A stretch of 64,000 bases of DNA from Gammaproteobacteria bacterium (GCA_965277715.1 OZ255836.1:832001-896000), one strand, 5' to 3'. Shown: positions 40,835-51,277, numbered from the stretch's first letter. The notes: generated by a model not told the origin, from the sequence alone. Translations and numbers: made by a program.

Positions 40835-41140
40835 TCAAATACTTGTTTCGGAATACACCGGAGAGTAGTGTTCAACCACTGGAAAAGGGTTATAGAAATG
40901 ATGCAACAAAGCGCGCCATTCCTGATATTCCTCAGAACCACGAAACCCCTCGGTGTGATCTTCCAGTGTTTCCCAGTTCACCAGTAAAATATACCTCGAT
41001 TCAGATTCAATGCACTTCTGTAGCGTGTGCGAAACATAGCCTGACATCGACATAATAATGCGCTGCGCTTTATTAAATGCCTGTTCAAATTCTGATTCTT
41101 TACCGGGCATTACATTCAATACCGCAACCTCTAAAATCAT
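40835..41140 (-). CDS. Antibiotic biosynthesis monooxygenase (ABM)-family protein
   Basis: MILEVAVLNV...FEQAF...GYVSHTLQKCIE...YILLVNWETLEDH...FRGS. RBS AAGGGG precedes ATG 41140. Confidence 0.9.
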   Translation of the reverse strand: MILEVAVLNVMPGKESEFEQAFNKAQRIIMSMSGYVSHTLQKCIESESRYILLVNWETLEDHTEGFRGSEEYQEWRALLHHFYNPFPVVEHYSPVYSETSI

Positions 41141-41163
41141 TTTTAACCCCTTATAACGCTTAA

Positions 41164-41340
41164 ATCTAAATTCCGCAGTTGAATCTACTGCGAGCACCTA
41201 ATGCACAGAATCTAAAGCGCTTTTACCCGCATTTCAGCTTCACCTGTAGAATCACTACAGGATGGCTAAAATGCGGGTAAAAACACTTCATCTTCAGCAC
41301 CTTAGACGCCCTCGCTACGATTCAACTGCGGAATTTAGGA
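41164..41340 (-). mobile_element. MITE-like element, long form (177 bp), flanked by TAA...TAA
   Basis: Terminal inverted repeats CTAAATTCCGCAGTTGAATC/GATTCAACTGCGGAATTTAG. An internal hairpin segment is bounded by AGCACCT direct repeats. Confidence 0.8.
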
Positions 41341-42580
41341 TAATCGATTCCATCGAGCGCAAAAAACGCATCACTTCATCAAGTGAGTTGTAGTGGCACA
41401 TGGATACACGCACACAGGTTTTTCTATTGAGAGGGGTGAGGATATTGCCAGAGAAATAGTCGTTTTTGCGCACATGGGTGCGCACACCGTCGGCGTTGAG
41501 TTTGCTGACGACCTCGGCAGAGGGAACACCCTCCACAGCCAATGACACCAGGCCTTCACGGTGCGGATTGTCGCAACCGCCCAGCACAAAGACTTCTGGC
41601 ATATCACGCAGGCCACTTTGCCCGTCAGCGCCGTTTATCATGGCATCGACAAGCCCCGCTTCGTGCGCGCTCATCGCTGCGCCTGCCGCTAACAGTCGTT
41701 CACGTCGGTCTGTTGAGTCAGTAAACTGTGCTCCCAGCCAATCAAGGTAGTTAACCACTTCAGAAAACGTGGCAAATGCTGAGGTGTCGCGGGTGCCCAG
41801 CTCCCAGAAGTTATCCGCCGTGCCGTCGAGTTTGTCGTGCGCTAACAGGCTCAGTTTTGGCGATAACCAGGCCACGCCATAGTTGTGTTTGGAAAACACT
41901 TTGTACGCCGAAACGGCAAACCCATCGATGTTGTAGGCATCCACATCCACCGCGCCGTGGGCGGCGTGCTGAATGCCATCGACAACGATAAGGCAGTCTG
42001 GTGAAACAGCGCGAATCACGCCGACGACGGCGTTTATATCCACCGCCATCCCGGTAACCGGGCTGGTTTGAATAATGGTGGCGACACGTGTATCGGCGGT
42101 AACGTATTGGCGGTAGTCATCCGCTGTGACTGTGGCTGTTTCGTTGTTGTGTGGAACGGCAATATACCGCTTGCCGGTGATGCCCGCCCAACGCTTGCAG
42201 GCGCTGACAGTCGCCGGGTGCTCCAGGGTGCTGCCGAGTACTGCACCGCCGTCTGCAGCGCCGAGCACAGCGGCACGCACCAGTCGAAACAATAATTCGG
42301 TGCCGCTTTCACCAACAAAAACCAACCCTTGTTGGGTGCCGAGAAATGTCATCATATCCTGGCGCGCCTGGTCGATGATCCTCACCAGTTCGTGTGATGC
42401 CGGGTTATCACGTCCCTGATTGTCGGGTATTGCCGAGAGGTGTGTATTGACCTCGACTACCGATTTGAGGGTGAGGGAACCACCGGCATTTTCAAAAAAA
42501 GCCCGTGGCCCCTGATAAGGGCAGCTATCGACATGGTGAAATTTATTGCGGATTTCGCTGAGCAGTTGGTCTTTAAACAT
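41315..42580 (-). CDS. Class V PLP-dependent enzyme (cysteine-desulfurase-like fold)
   Basis: FFENAGGS, LEHPA, VDGIQHAAH, SAYKVF (PLP lysine) and VRVSMCHYNS motifs. Confidence 0.85.
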   Translation of the reverse strand: MFKDQLLSEIRNKFHHVDSCPYQGPRAFFENAGGSLTLKSVVEVNTHLSAIPDNQGRDNPASHELVRIIDQARQDMMTFLGTQQGLVFVGESGTELLFRLVRAAVLGAADGGAVLGSTLEHPATVSACKRWAGITGKRYIAVPHNNETATVTADDYRQYVTADTRVATIIQTSPVTGMAVDINAVVGVIRAVSPDCLIVVDGIQHAAHGAVDVDAYNIDGFAVSAYKVFSKHNYGVAWLSPKLSLLAHDKLDGTADNFWELGTRDTSAFATFSEVVNYLDWLGAQFTDSTDRRERLLAAGAAMSAHEAGLVDAMINGADGQSGLRDMPEVFVLGGCDNPHREGLVSLAVEGVPSAEVVSKLNADGVRTHVRKNDYFSGNILTPLNRKTCVRVSMCHYNSLDEVMRFLRSMESIILNSAVES

Positions 42581-42656
42581 AATTTATAATCGAGGAGTTT
42601 TGAAAGTCGGGTTTTGCGCGCAGTGTAACCTAACGGGTACTGTCGGCAACGGTTAA

Positions 42657-42730
42657 ACCTAAATTCCGCCGTTGAATCGTAGCGAGGGCGTCTAAGGTGC
42701 TCGCAGTAGATTCAACGGCGGAATTTAGGT
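42657..42730 (+). mobile_element. MITE-like element, short form (74 bp), flanked by TAA...TAA
   Basis: Perfect inverted repeat ACCTAAATTCCGCCGTTGAATC/GATTCAACGGCGGAATTTAGGT. The core is the reverse complement of the outer parts of 41164-41340. Confidence 0.85.
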
Positions 42731-42759
42731 TAAAGGTGGGTCGTGTTTACATACTGTTT

Positions 42760-44307
42760 TTACCATTTGCATAACATCGGATTGTCCACTGTGCGCTGTG
42801 GTGGAAATTGTGTTGCCAAAATGTCCATCAGTGCGTGTTTCACCGCGTGTGATTCGGGGTGGTGGAATAAATTGATGTGTTCATCCGGGTCTGTTTCCAG
42901 GTTAAACATTTCTCCCCAGTGTGGACTGTCCGGGTAAATGCTTAGCCGCCACTTTTTCGTGCGCACGCTTTGGTTATACAGCTCGGGTTTTGCGGTGGGG
43001 TGGTATTCGCCAAAATTGGCATCGCGGTGCCACTCACCCCGATTTATTAGGGCGCTATCGGCTAATAACGGCAACATCGATTGACCATCGAACGACAAAT
43101 AGTTGTCTGCCACCCCCGCCAATTGCATAAAGGTGGGGGTCAGGTCGATATGGTTAGTCAGTGCATTCTGCACTTGATTGGTTTGAATGCCCGGCCCTTT
43201 TATCAATAGGGCAACCTCTACCAACTGACGGTAAGCGGGCGGCCCTTTGTGCAATAAGCCGTGGGTGCCGAGCAGCTCGCCGTGGTCTGAGGTAAACACG
43301 ATAAAGGTGTTATCCGCCCGGCCCTGTTGTTCCAGGGTTTTTAGAATGCGGCCAATGCCGTCGTCGATCATTTCAATCATCGCATAGGTATGTGCAATGG
43401 CGCGTCGCATCGATGTATCGCTGACACCATGCGTGGCGATCATTGATCCCGCTTCCTGGTCGGGCAGCCCTGCCCAGTAGAGCTCACGAAAACCCCGGTC
43501 TGTGGGGAAGAGTTTGGTGTAGTAATCGGGGAGATTATCCAGCTCATCGGGGTCGACACGCGGCAGCGGCATTTTTTCAGGGTCGTAGCGGTCAGCGTAT
43601 TCGCCCGGCGGAGCAAATGGGTGGTGTGGATCGGGGTAAGAGACAAACATAAAGAATGGTTTATCGTCATCTGCCTGCCGGATAAAGTGTGATGCCCGCT
43701 CGCTGATCCAGGTGTTGTAGTGCAATTCTGCTGGTATCGCTGAGCGCCATATTTCATCCAGGTCGGGCGGGGGGGCTTCGGTTGCCTGGCTCGCCTTTAG
43801 TAGCTGTGCTGCACCGGGGGCGGTGTTCTGGAGCCATTGTGCGTAGTGACCGGAAATGGCTGCTGTATCGGATTCACCCAGCAATAGATCGAGAGTTTGA
43901 AAGCCGTAATAGGGACCATTCCATTTAGTCGCATCGCCGGAGCGCCAGAAGGCGCGTGAGTCGGGCATATTGTGTTCAGCGGGGGCCAGCAGAGGTTGTA
44001 AGTGCTGTTTGCCAACGCTGTGGGTGCGGTAACCGGCATCGGCGAGTAAACGGGTGAGTGTTGGGATTTGCGGATCGAGTGCCCGGCCATTAGTGATGAG
44101 TTGGTGGTTGCGTGGGTACAGGCCGGTAAACAGGGTTGCCCGGCTGGGTGAGCATATCTGCATGGGGGTGATATGCCGGGTAAACCGGGTGCCTGTAGCG
44201 GCGATGGAATCGATATTTGGCGTGTTGACGATAGTGTTACCGTAGCAACCCAGGCTGTCGGCGCGCTGTTGGTCGGTGCATATCCAGATAATATTGGGTT
44301 GTTTCAT
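42760..44307 (-). CDS. Formylglycine-dependent sulfatase
   Basis: PNIIWICTDQQR, CSPSRATLFTG (CxPxR), GKQHL and FTSDHGE motifs. Confidence 0.93.
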   Translation of the reverse strand: MKQPNIIWICTDQQRADSLGCYGNTIVNTPNIDSIAATGTRFTRHITPMQICSPSRATLFTGLYPRNHQLITNGRALDPQIPTLTRLLADAGYRTHSVGKQHLQPLLAPAEHNMPDSRAFWRSGDATKWNGPYYGFQTLDLLLGESDTAAISGHYAQWLQNTAPGAAQLLKASQATEAPPPDLDEIWRSAIPAELHYNTWISERASHFIRQADDDKPFFMFVSYPDPHHPFAPPGEYADRYDPEKMPLPRVDPDELDNLPDYYTKLFPTDRGFRELYWAGLPDQEAGSMIATHGVSDTSMRRAIAHTYAMIEMIDDGIGRILKTLEQQGRADNTFIVFTSDHGELLGTHGLLHKGPPAYRQLVEVALLIKGPGIQTNQVQNALTNHIDLTPTFMQLAGVADNYLSFDGQSMLPLLADSALINRGEWHRDANFGEYHPTAKPELYNQSVRTKKWRLSIYPDSPHWGEMFNLETDPDEHINLFHHPESHAVKHALMDILATQFPPQRTVDNPMLCKW

Positions 44308-44573
44308 ACTGATGGGGCATAGGAAAAATGGGGCAACAACAATAATTCAGTTGTGCCATGAGTCAACTGATTAATTCAGTCAGCCCTGACAAACCGCCTT
44401 CGACGAGTTCTCTTCGCCACTGAGACAGTGGATTCGAGTTGTGCCGTCATCGGTGCCCCTCGATCCTGTTTTACAAAATTGACGGCGTACTAGATCCCAT
44501 GCATTAACTTGCACACAAGTAAATACGTGATGTCCAGAAGGTGAGAAATTTTCCAGATTCAATGATCCTTACT

Positions 44574-45476
44574 TTAGGTTGGTTGGGTGTGATCGCCAGG
44601 AACGTCTTCCTTCTTTTTATTGTGCTTGGCAGGGGAGCGCTCGAATATAATAAAGGCGACACCCGCAATGATTATCCCTCCGCCTACTGCAATTTGTAAT
44701 GTTAGTTGTTCACCCAACACTAATGTGCTGCCAGCAATTGAAAACACCGGTAGCAACAATAAAAATGGGCCAATTTTATTCACTGGAAACTTACCTACCA
44801 GGTGGTACCAGATAGCGTAACCCAGCGCTGTCATCACCAAACCGAGGTAGACAACTGTCAACCAAACGATCCAATCGGCATCGTTGATCACCTGGAAGTG
44901 GTTGTCTTCGACGATAAACGACACGATAAATAATTGAGGTGTGGCGAAAACAGCTACCCAGGTAATCAGAGTAAAACCGCCGACCTGGCCGAGCTGCCTG
45001 ATCATCACCTGCCCAACAGCCCATAGGAAGGCACCTATCATGACCATCACCATCGGTATATAGGCATTCTGCAACGTTGGTTCACCCGCAATGAACCCAA
45101 CGCCAATAAACGCGAAGGCAATCCCCAGGTATTTCTTTAGCCCAGGCTTTTCAGCAAGAAAAAATGCACCGAGCAACACCATAAAAGGGACTTCAAGCTG
45201 TACTAATAGTGCCGCTGTGGAAGCATCCAGATACATGAGACCTGTGAACGTGAATGCATACTGCAATACAGCGGATACAAGAGAAATAAGAAATATCTTT
45301 CCCATTATTCGCCATGGGGGTTTTACAAACCAAATCGCTACCAGCGCAGTGACTTCAAAGCGTAATGCCATCAGCAGTATAGGGGGAAATTGCTCCAGGG
45401 CTGCCTTGGCAAACACAAATCCAAACCCCCATATCAAAGGTACGGAAATAGCGAGCAGAATGTCTCGTATGGGCAT
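44574..45476 (-). CDS. EamA/DMT-family transporter
   Basis: Ten hydrophobic segments, IWGFGFV...FPPILLMALRF. Confidence 0.9.
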   Translation of the reverse strand: MPIRDILLAISVPLIWGFGFVFAKAALEQFPPILLMALRFEVTALVAIWFVKPPWRIMGKIFLISLVSAVLQYAFTFTGLMYLDASTAALLVQLEVPFMVLLGAFFLAEKPGLKKYLGIAFAFIGVGFIAGEPTLQNAYIPMVMVMIGAFLWAVGQVMIRQLGQVGGFTLITWVAVFATPQLFIVSFIVEDNHFQVINDADWIVWLTVVYLGLVMTALGYAIWYHLVGKFPVNKIGPFLLLLPVFSIAGSTLVLGEQLTLQIAVGGGIIIAGVAFIIFERSPAKHNKKKEDVPGDHTQPT

Positions 45477-45569
45477 GGCACTTAAGCGGAGATGCTCAAA
45501 AGATCTGGATGATGTAGCGGTAGTGTCGGATTATCTAACAAATTTGCAACCTCGTAATATCGGGCTGTG

Positions 45570-46727
45570 CTATGCACAGGCTTCTATACAGTATTGATGA
45601 ATGAGTGAACGCAGCAACTCGACTGTTGGGTCGATGCGGTCGAGCCGCAGGTATTCATTGGGTTGATGTGCCGTACTAATATCGCCAGGCCCGAGAACGA
45701 TAACCTCCATGCCCATTTTTTGGTAATAGGGTGCCTCAGTACCAAACGATACCGCCTCAGCAGGGTGGCCAGTGAGCTTTTCGGCAGCGCGCACTATCGA
45801 GGCATCGACGGGTGTCTCCATTGGGTAAATCCCGTTGAACGGCAGCGTAAATTCCAATTTCAATCCGGTGTCACTGACAGCGTTAACCAGCCGTTGGTGA
45901 ACCGTGTTTTGTAATTCCTCGATATTCATGCCCGGCAGAGGGCGCAAGTCAAAGGTGAGCTCGCAGTTGCCGCAAATGCGATTGGGGTTATCGCCGCCAT
46001 GTATGTGGCCAAGATTGAGTGTGGGTACGGGCACCTGAAACGCTGAGTTTTTATAGCGGGCCTGTAATTCTGTACGGATTGCCAATAGTTCGCCTATTAT
46101 GCAGTACATCCCTTCCATGGCATTATTTCCCAACGATGGGTCACTGGAGTGACCGCTGCGTCCCGTTAACCGAATACCGTCGGAGATCGCTCCCTTGTGC
46201 ATACGTACGGGGCGCAGGTTGGTGGGTTCACCAATAACGGCAAAATCGGCCAGTGTCCGTTGTGTGTTGAGCAGCGCTTTGGCGCCACTCATCCCGCTTT
46301 CTTCATCGGCGCTGGCGAGTAGTGTCAGGGGTTTTTTAAAGTCGTTTGGGTCAAAATGACTGGCGGCTTCCAGCGCGATAGCCAGAAATGCTTTCATATC
46401 GGTAGTGCCAAGCCCAAACAGACAGCCATCGCGCTCGGTGGTGGTAAACGGATCTGACTGCCATAGTGCCTCGTTAAAGGGAACGGTGTCAGTATGCCCG
46501 GCTAATACCAGCCCGCCGCTTCCCTGGCCCAGTTTTGCCACCATATTAGAGTGTCCGGGTTTGTTTTCTATCGGCATTATTTCCACTGCAAAGCCACTGT
46601 CGCTGCACCAATTGGCCAGCGCATGGGTTACCGCTTCGTTACCCATATCGATGGCAGGTATTACGCTGCTCACCGAAGGGATGGCGATAAGCCTGGCTAT
46701 CATTTGTGTTATATCAGGGATTGGCAT
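45570..46727 (-). CDS. argE: Acetylornithine deacetylase
   Basis: LAGHTDTVP, GLGTTDMK, ADEE, IGEPT, GHSSDP and AHQPNEY motifs. Confidence 0.93.
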   Translation of the reverse strand: MPIPDITQMIARLIAIPSVSSVIPAIDMGNEAVTHALANWCSDSGFAVEIMPIENKPGHSNMVAKLGQGSGGLVLAGHTDTVPFNEALWQSDPFTTTERDGCLFGLGTTDMKAFLAIALEAASHFDPNDFKKPLTLLASADEESGMSGAKALLNTQRTLADFAVIGEPTNLRPVRMHKGAISDGIRLTGRSGHSSDPSLGNNAMEGMYCIIGELLAIRTELQARYKNSAFQVPVPTLNLGHIHGGDNPNRICGNCELTFDLRPLPGMNIEELQNTVHQRLVNAVSDTGLKLEFTLPFNGIYPMETPVDASIVRAAEKLTGHPAEAVSFGTEAPYYQKMGMEVIVLGPGDISTAHQPNEYLRLDRIDPTVELLRSLIHQYCIEACA

Positions 46728-46762
46728 AGGAGGATTTTCCGGTGTGAAACAGTTTCCTGGGG

Positions 46763-48628
46763 TTATGCATTGAGTTGTTCGATACCAACCGGTTCGCTAA
46801 GGTAAAACCCCTGAACACAATCGATACCCATTGCCTTGACCAGTTGAAACGTCGCTTTATCTTCTACTTGCTCGGCAATAGTATGCATATTTAACGAATG
46901 CCCCAAGTCATTGATTGAAGCCATCATTTTGGCCTCAACGGGATTGGATGTAGCGTTTTTTACAAATGCGCCATCAATTTTTAAAATATCGACCGTGAAA
47001 TGGCGTAGATAATTGTAACAGGTGAGGCCAGAACCGAAATCGTCCAGCGCCACCAGGCAACCCAGTGCGCGTAGGCGGTTGATAAAAACCGCCGCCTGCG
47101 CAATATCAACAATACCAATGCTTTCGGTTATTTCAAAACAAAGCTTATGTGCAGGTAACGTAGTGGTTGCAACGCGCTCGATCAGGAACTGCTGAAAAGA
47201 AGGGTTTTCAATTGAATCTGCCGATAAATTAATGGCAATGCAATCGACTTGTTGCTCGATAAAGGTACGCTGCGAATGCATCCAGTCAAGTACTTGTGTT
47301 ACCACCCAGTGATCCACCCTTGTCGATAGACCGTGGCGGGCTGCTATGTTTAGCACACCTTCGATTGAGCCGGTATCGGGTGCGTTATCACCAAGCCGTA
47401 GCAGTATTTCAAAGCTACGGCATTGGTTGCTATTGTTGAAGGGGAAAATTTCCTGTGCCGCTAATTTTAAGTCATTCGATTCAATTGCTGCCCGCAACCA
47501 ATTTATCAACAACATTTCAGCCTGTTCCGCTGCAACAAAATGGCCGATCTCGGTGTAGTCGCACACAGTCGATACAGCGCTTTTCTTGGCGAAATAGCAC
47601 GCCTGATCGGCCCGTGCCATAGCATCACTGGTGCTGAGTTTGGTTTGCTCAAGAGAGTATAAGCCCATACTCAAGTGGGCAAATTCGCTATCCGATACTC
47701 TTCGTGAGCGTGTGCCTTTTATTTGGTTACATATTTGCTCACATATGCCACGTGCCTGTTTAATACTACTGTTTTTAAACAATATACAGAACTCATAATC
47801 CCCCATCCGGGCGCAGACGTGCTCACTGCCAATGCTTGCCTTAATCATATTGGCAACTTTGCATAGGTACTCGTCGCCAGCATTGTGGCCATATGTATCG
47901 TTAAGTTTTTTAAATCCGTTGACGTCTGAGTAGCACAGCACATGCGTATGTACTGCCGGGTCGAGACTGTTTAGGCAATTGCGTAGGTGGTGTTCAAATT
48001 CGCGGCGGTTGAATAATCCAGTCAGAGGATCATGTGAGGCATCGTATTGGAGTTGTTGGGTATGCTGTTCAAACCGCTCATTGTTAACCGCATTTGAAAT
48101 TTTGGTAGCAGCCATTGAAGCGATAGTGGTCATCACTTCAAGGTGTTCTTCAGTATAAAAGCCCGCATCTGGGTGTTCGGAGCCAATAACACCGATTACT
48201 GCATCATCACATATAATTGGTACGGCGATTTCGGATAAACGCGTTTCGTCATCAACGATATAGCGAGAATCTAGGCGCGTATCCATAACGATTTCAGCGG
48301 TTCCATGTTGTGCTACTTGTCCGACAATTCCCTGTCCGGTTTTGATGGTAATAGGATTGAGTATATCCAATTCAGCCGGGTTTTTAGGGCCGTGTGCAGC
48401 GCGTTGGCTAAGGGTCTCGCCATCGCTTTCGAGTAAGTAAATAATACAATCTTTAAAGCCGATATTAGCAATTGCAGTTTTGGCAACCAACCATAAAACC
48501 TCATTGAGTTCAGTGGTACGCAGTAGCTTGAGTGCGTACTCATTAACAACCTCCAAATGCCGGGATTTTTGCTTTAAGCGTGTAAAATTCAGTTTGTCCA
48601 TCCGTATATAGTCGTTAGTAGCCGCCAC
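46763..48628 (-). CDS. GAF-GGDEF-EAL c-di-GMP signalling protein (GGDEF degenerate)
   Basis: GAF motif SEIAVPI. HDPLTGLFNRR, active site RMGDYEF. EAL domain motifs EILLRL, FEITE, DDFGSG, LKID and QGF. Confidence 0.9.
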   Translation of the reverse strand: MAATNDYIRMDKLNFTRLKQKSRHLEVVNEYALKLLRTTELNEVLWLVAKTAIANIGFKDCIIYLLESDGETLSQRAAHGPKNPAELDILNPITIKTGQGIVGQVAQHGTAEIVMDTRLDSRYIVDDETRLSEIAVPIICDDAVIGVIGSEHPDAGFYTEEHLEVMTTIASMAATKISNAVNNERFEQHTQQLQYDASHDPLTGLFNRREFEHHLRNCLNSLDPAVHTHVLCYSDVNGFKKLNDTYGHNAGDEYLCKVANMIKASIGSEHVCARMGDYEFCILFKNSSIKQARGICEQICNQIKGTRSRRVSDSEFAHLSMGLYSLEQTKLSTSDAMARADQACYFAKKSAVSTVCDYTEIGHFVAAEQAEMLLINWLRAAIESNDLKLAAQEIFPFNNSNQCRSFEILLRLGDNAPDTGSIEGVLNIAARHGLSTRVDHWVVTQVLDWMHSQRTFIEQQVDCIAINLSADSIENPSFQQFLIERVATTTLPAHKLCFEITESIGIVDIAQAAVFINRLRALGCLVALDDFGSGLTCYNYLRHFTVDILKIDGAFVKNATSNPVEAKMMASINDLGHSLNMHTIAEQVEDKATFQLVKAMGIDCVQGFYLSEPVGIEQLNA

Positions 48629-48795
48629 TATACGGCGAGAAATTAGGATAAACCTTAGTGTAGTTGATAAATAATTCTATATCATTTTCATTTTTTCTGG
48701 GTTTAAAACTTAAACCCAAGGTCACCTAGTTGCTTATATCAACACCAATCGGGGTACAATAAGCCACTAAGATAAAACCAACTTGGAGGCTTTTT

Positions 48796-50643
48796 ATGCC
48801 CGAATACCGCTCACGTACTACCACACACGGTCGCAATATGGCTGGGGCGCGCTCGCTTTGGCGGGCCACTGGTATGCAAGACGACGACTTTAATAAGCCG
48901 ATTATCGCTATATCAAACTCGTTTACACAGTTTGTCCCAGGCCATGTTCATCTGAAAGATATGGGGCAGCTAGTTGCCCGTGAAATCGAGAAGGCAGGCG
49001 GCGTTGCCAAAGAATTCAACACAATTGCCGTCGATGATGGTATTGCCATGGGGCATGGCGGTATGTTGTACAGCCTGCCCTCGCGGGAAATTATTTCCGA
49101 TGCGGTCGAATACATGGTCAACGCGCATTGTGCTGATGCGTTGGTGTGCATATCGAATTGCGACAAAATTACTCCCGGTATGCTCAATGCTGCGATGCGA
49201 TTGAATATACCCACGGTATTTGTTTCCGGTGGGCCGATGGAATCTGGCAAAGCAATGATGAAAGGCGTTGAAGTCAGGCTCGATTTGGTGGATGCGATGA
49301 TCGGTGCCGCCAACCCAAATGAAACAGATGAAGATGTCAAGACGATGGAGCGCAGTGCCTGCCCAACATGTGGGTCATGCTCTGGTATGTTCACCGCCAA
49401 CTCAATGAATTGCCTAACCGAAGCGTTGGGTTTATCACTGCCCGGCAATGGCTCAATGCTGGCTACGCACGCTGACCGCGAACGACTGTTTCTGGAAGCA
49501 GGACGTATGATTGTGGCGTTGTCTAAACGTTACTACGAGCAGGACGACGACACTGTACTACCGCGTTCGATTGCCAACTTTCAGGCATTTGAGAATGCCA
49601 TGTGTATGGACATTGCAATGGGTGGATCAAGCAACACGATATTACATCTGCTGGCGGCGGCAGAAGAGGGCGAGGTCGGGTTTTCACTGACTGACATCGA
49701 CCGGCTCTCCCGCAAAGTGCCCCACTTGTGCAAGGTGGCACCGTCGATTAAAAAATACCATATGGAGGATGTACACCGTGCCGGGGGCGTATTTGGCATT
49801 CTCGGTGAATTAGGGCGTGCTGGTTTGCTAAATCAGGAGGTAAGTACCATTCATGCCGATACGCTACGCGAAGCGTTGGCACTATGGGATGTGCGCGTTA
49901 CTGAAGATGAAAAACGCCGTACATTTTTTCGTGCCGGGCCAGGCGGTGTGCCCACACAAACTGCATTTTCACAAAGTCGCCGCTGGGATACGCTGGATAT
50001 CGACCGGCAAAATGGCTGTATCCGTGAAAAACAGTACGCCTATAGCCAGGATGGTGGCCTCGCGGTGCTGTACGGCAATATTGCCGAAGAGGGGTGTGTG
50101 GTCAAAACCGCTGGTGTTGATGAGAGCATTCTGACTTTTTCTGGCCCTGCACGCATAATGGAAAGCCAGGATGTGGCGATGCAGGCGATTCTCGATGGTG
50201 AAATTAAATCCGGCGATGTGGTATTGATCCGTTACGAAGGGCCAAAAGGTGGCCCCGGTATGCAGGAGATGCTCTACCCCACAAGCTATCTCAAATCGAT
50301 GGGATTGGGCAAAGTGTGCGCGCTATTGACCGATGGCCGCTTCTCCGGTGCCACTTCAGGTTTGTCCGTGGGGCATGTTTCACCGGAGGCGGCTGAAGGC
50401 GGTGCGATAGGTCTGGTCGAGGAAGGCGATATTATCGAATTTGATATTCCCAATCGCCGTGTCAATGTCAAGCTGAGTGACAGTGAATTGCAGGCGCGGC
50501 GCACGTCGATGGAAGCGCGGGGTAAAGCCGCGTGGAAACCAGCAAACCGTGAGCGCAAGGTAAGCCAGGCATTGTGGGCTTATGCGGCGTTGACGACTTC
50601 AGCTTCGCGTGGTGCGGTGCGCGATGTTAGCCAGCTAGGCTAA
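48796..50643 (+). CDS. ilvD: Dihydroxy-acid dehydratase
   Basis: [39 protein letters not shown] and TDGRFSG motifs. Confidence 0.99.
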   Translation: MPEYRSRTTTHGRNMAGARSLWRATGMQDDDFNKPIIAISNSFTQFVPGHVHLKDMGQLVAREIEKAGGVAKEFNTIAVDDGIAMGHGGMLYSLPSREIISDAVEYMVNAHCADALVCISNCDKITPGMLNAAMRLNIPTVFVSGGPMESGKAMMKGVEVRLDLVDAMIGAANPNETDEDVKTMERSACPTCGSCSGMFTANSMNCLTEALGLSLPGNGSMLATHADRERLFLEAGRMIVALSKRYYEQDDDTVLPRSIANFQAFENAMCMDIAMGGSSNTILHLLAAAEEGEVGFSLTDIDRLSRKVPHLCKVAPSIKKYHMEDVHRAGGVFGILGELGRAGLLNQEVSTIHADTLREALALWDVRVTEDEKRRTFFRAGPGGVPTQTAFSQSRRWDTLDIDRQNGCIREKQYAYSQDGGLAVLYGNIAEEGCVVKTAGVDESILTFSGPARIMESQDVAMQAILDGEIKSGDVVLIRYEGPKGGPGMQEMLYPTSYLKSMGLGKVCALLTDGRFSGATSGLSVGHVSPEAAEGGAIGLVEEGDIIEFDIPNRRVNVKLSDSELQARRTSMEARGKAAWKPANRERKVSQALWAYAALTTSASRGAVRDVSQLG

Positions 50644-50664
50644 CATCTTTTTTGAGGGCGATTG

Positions 50665-50704
50665 TTGACAGTAAACTCAGTGGTAATTTAGACTCCGTCT
50701 AAAT
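50665..50704 (+). promoter_or_regulatory. Sigma70 promoter of rubrerythrin overlapped by an Irr/ICE-like palindrome
   Basis: TTGACA (50665-50670), 18 bp, TAGACT. The perfect dyad ATTTAGAC-TCC-GTCTAAAT (50686-50704) covers the -10. Confidence 0.7.
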
Positions 50705-50755
50705 CGAGGCAAGGCGTCGATTCTTTACCTTAACGTATATTGGAGAGCTAAATTT

Positions 50756-51175
50756 ATGTCACTTAAAGGCAGTAAAACAGAGCAAAACTTAAAAGATGCA
50801 TTCGCAGGTGAGTCTCAGGCGAACCGACGTTACCTCTATTTTGCAGCCAAGGCTGATGTGGAAGGTTACAACGATGTCGCCGCCGTATTTCGCTCCACCG
50901 CAGAAGGTGAAACAGGCCATGCACACGGCCATCTTGAATACCTTGAAGAGACCGGTGATCCGGCAACGGGTTTGCCGATTGGCGCCACTTCAGACAATTT
51001 GAAAGCGGCGATTGCCGGCGAGACACATGAGTACACCGATATGTATCCTGGCATGGCCAAGTCTGCACGTGACGAAGGTTTTGATGAAGTGGCCGATTGG
51101 ATGGAAACACTGGCTAAAGCCGAGCGCTCCCATGCAAACCGTTTCCAAAAAGCGCTGGATACACTTGACGATTAA
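50756..51175 (+). CDS. rbr: Rubrerythrin (short, no rubredoxin domain)
   Basis: [33 protein letters not shown] and AERSHA di-iron motifs. Confidence 0.95.
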   Translation: MSLKGSKTEQNLKDAFAGESQANRRYLYFAAKADVEGYNDVAAVFRSTAEGETGHAHGHLEYLEETGDPATGLPIGATSDNLKAAIAGETHEYTDMYPGMAKSARDEGFDEVADWMETLAKAERSHANRFQKALDTLDD

Positions 51176-51218
51176 ATGATAAAACCGTATCGCTTATTGC
51201 GGGTTTAATTGTTGTAAT

Positions 51219-51254
51219 AGGCGGGTTCGGATTTTTTCCGAACCCGCCTTTTTT
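51219..51254 (+). terminator. Intrinsic terminator after rbr
   Basis: AGGCGGGTTCGGA-TTTTT-TCCGAACCCGCCT followed by a T run. Confidence 0.85.
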
Positions 51255-51277
51255 ATGTTAACTCTACGAGGTCAAAC

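Noticed and set aside
41141-41197. N-terminal extension of the ABM ORF in the ORF track
   Set aside because: It is derived from MITE and core-site sequence; the RBS supports ATG 41140.
44380-44562. 60-aa ORF between the sulfatase and EamA genes
   Set aside because: No recognisable features or RBS.
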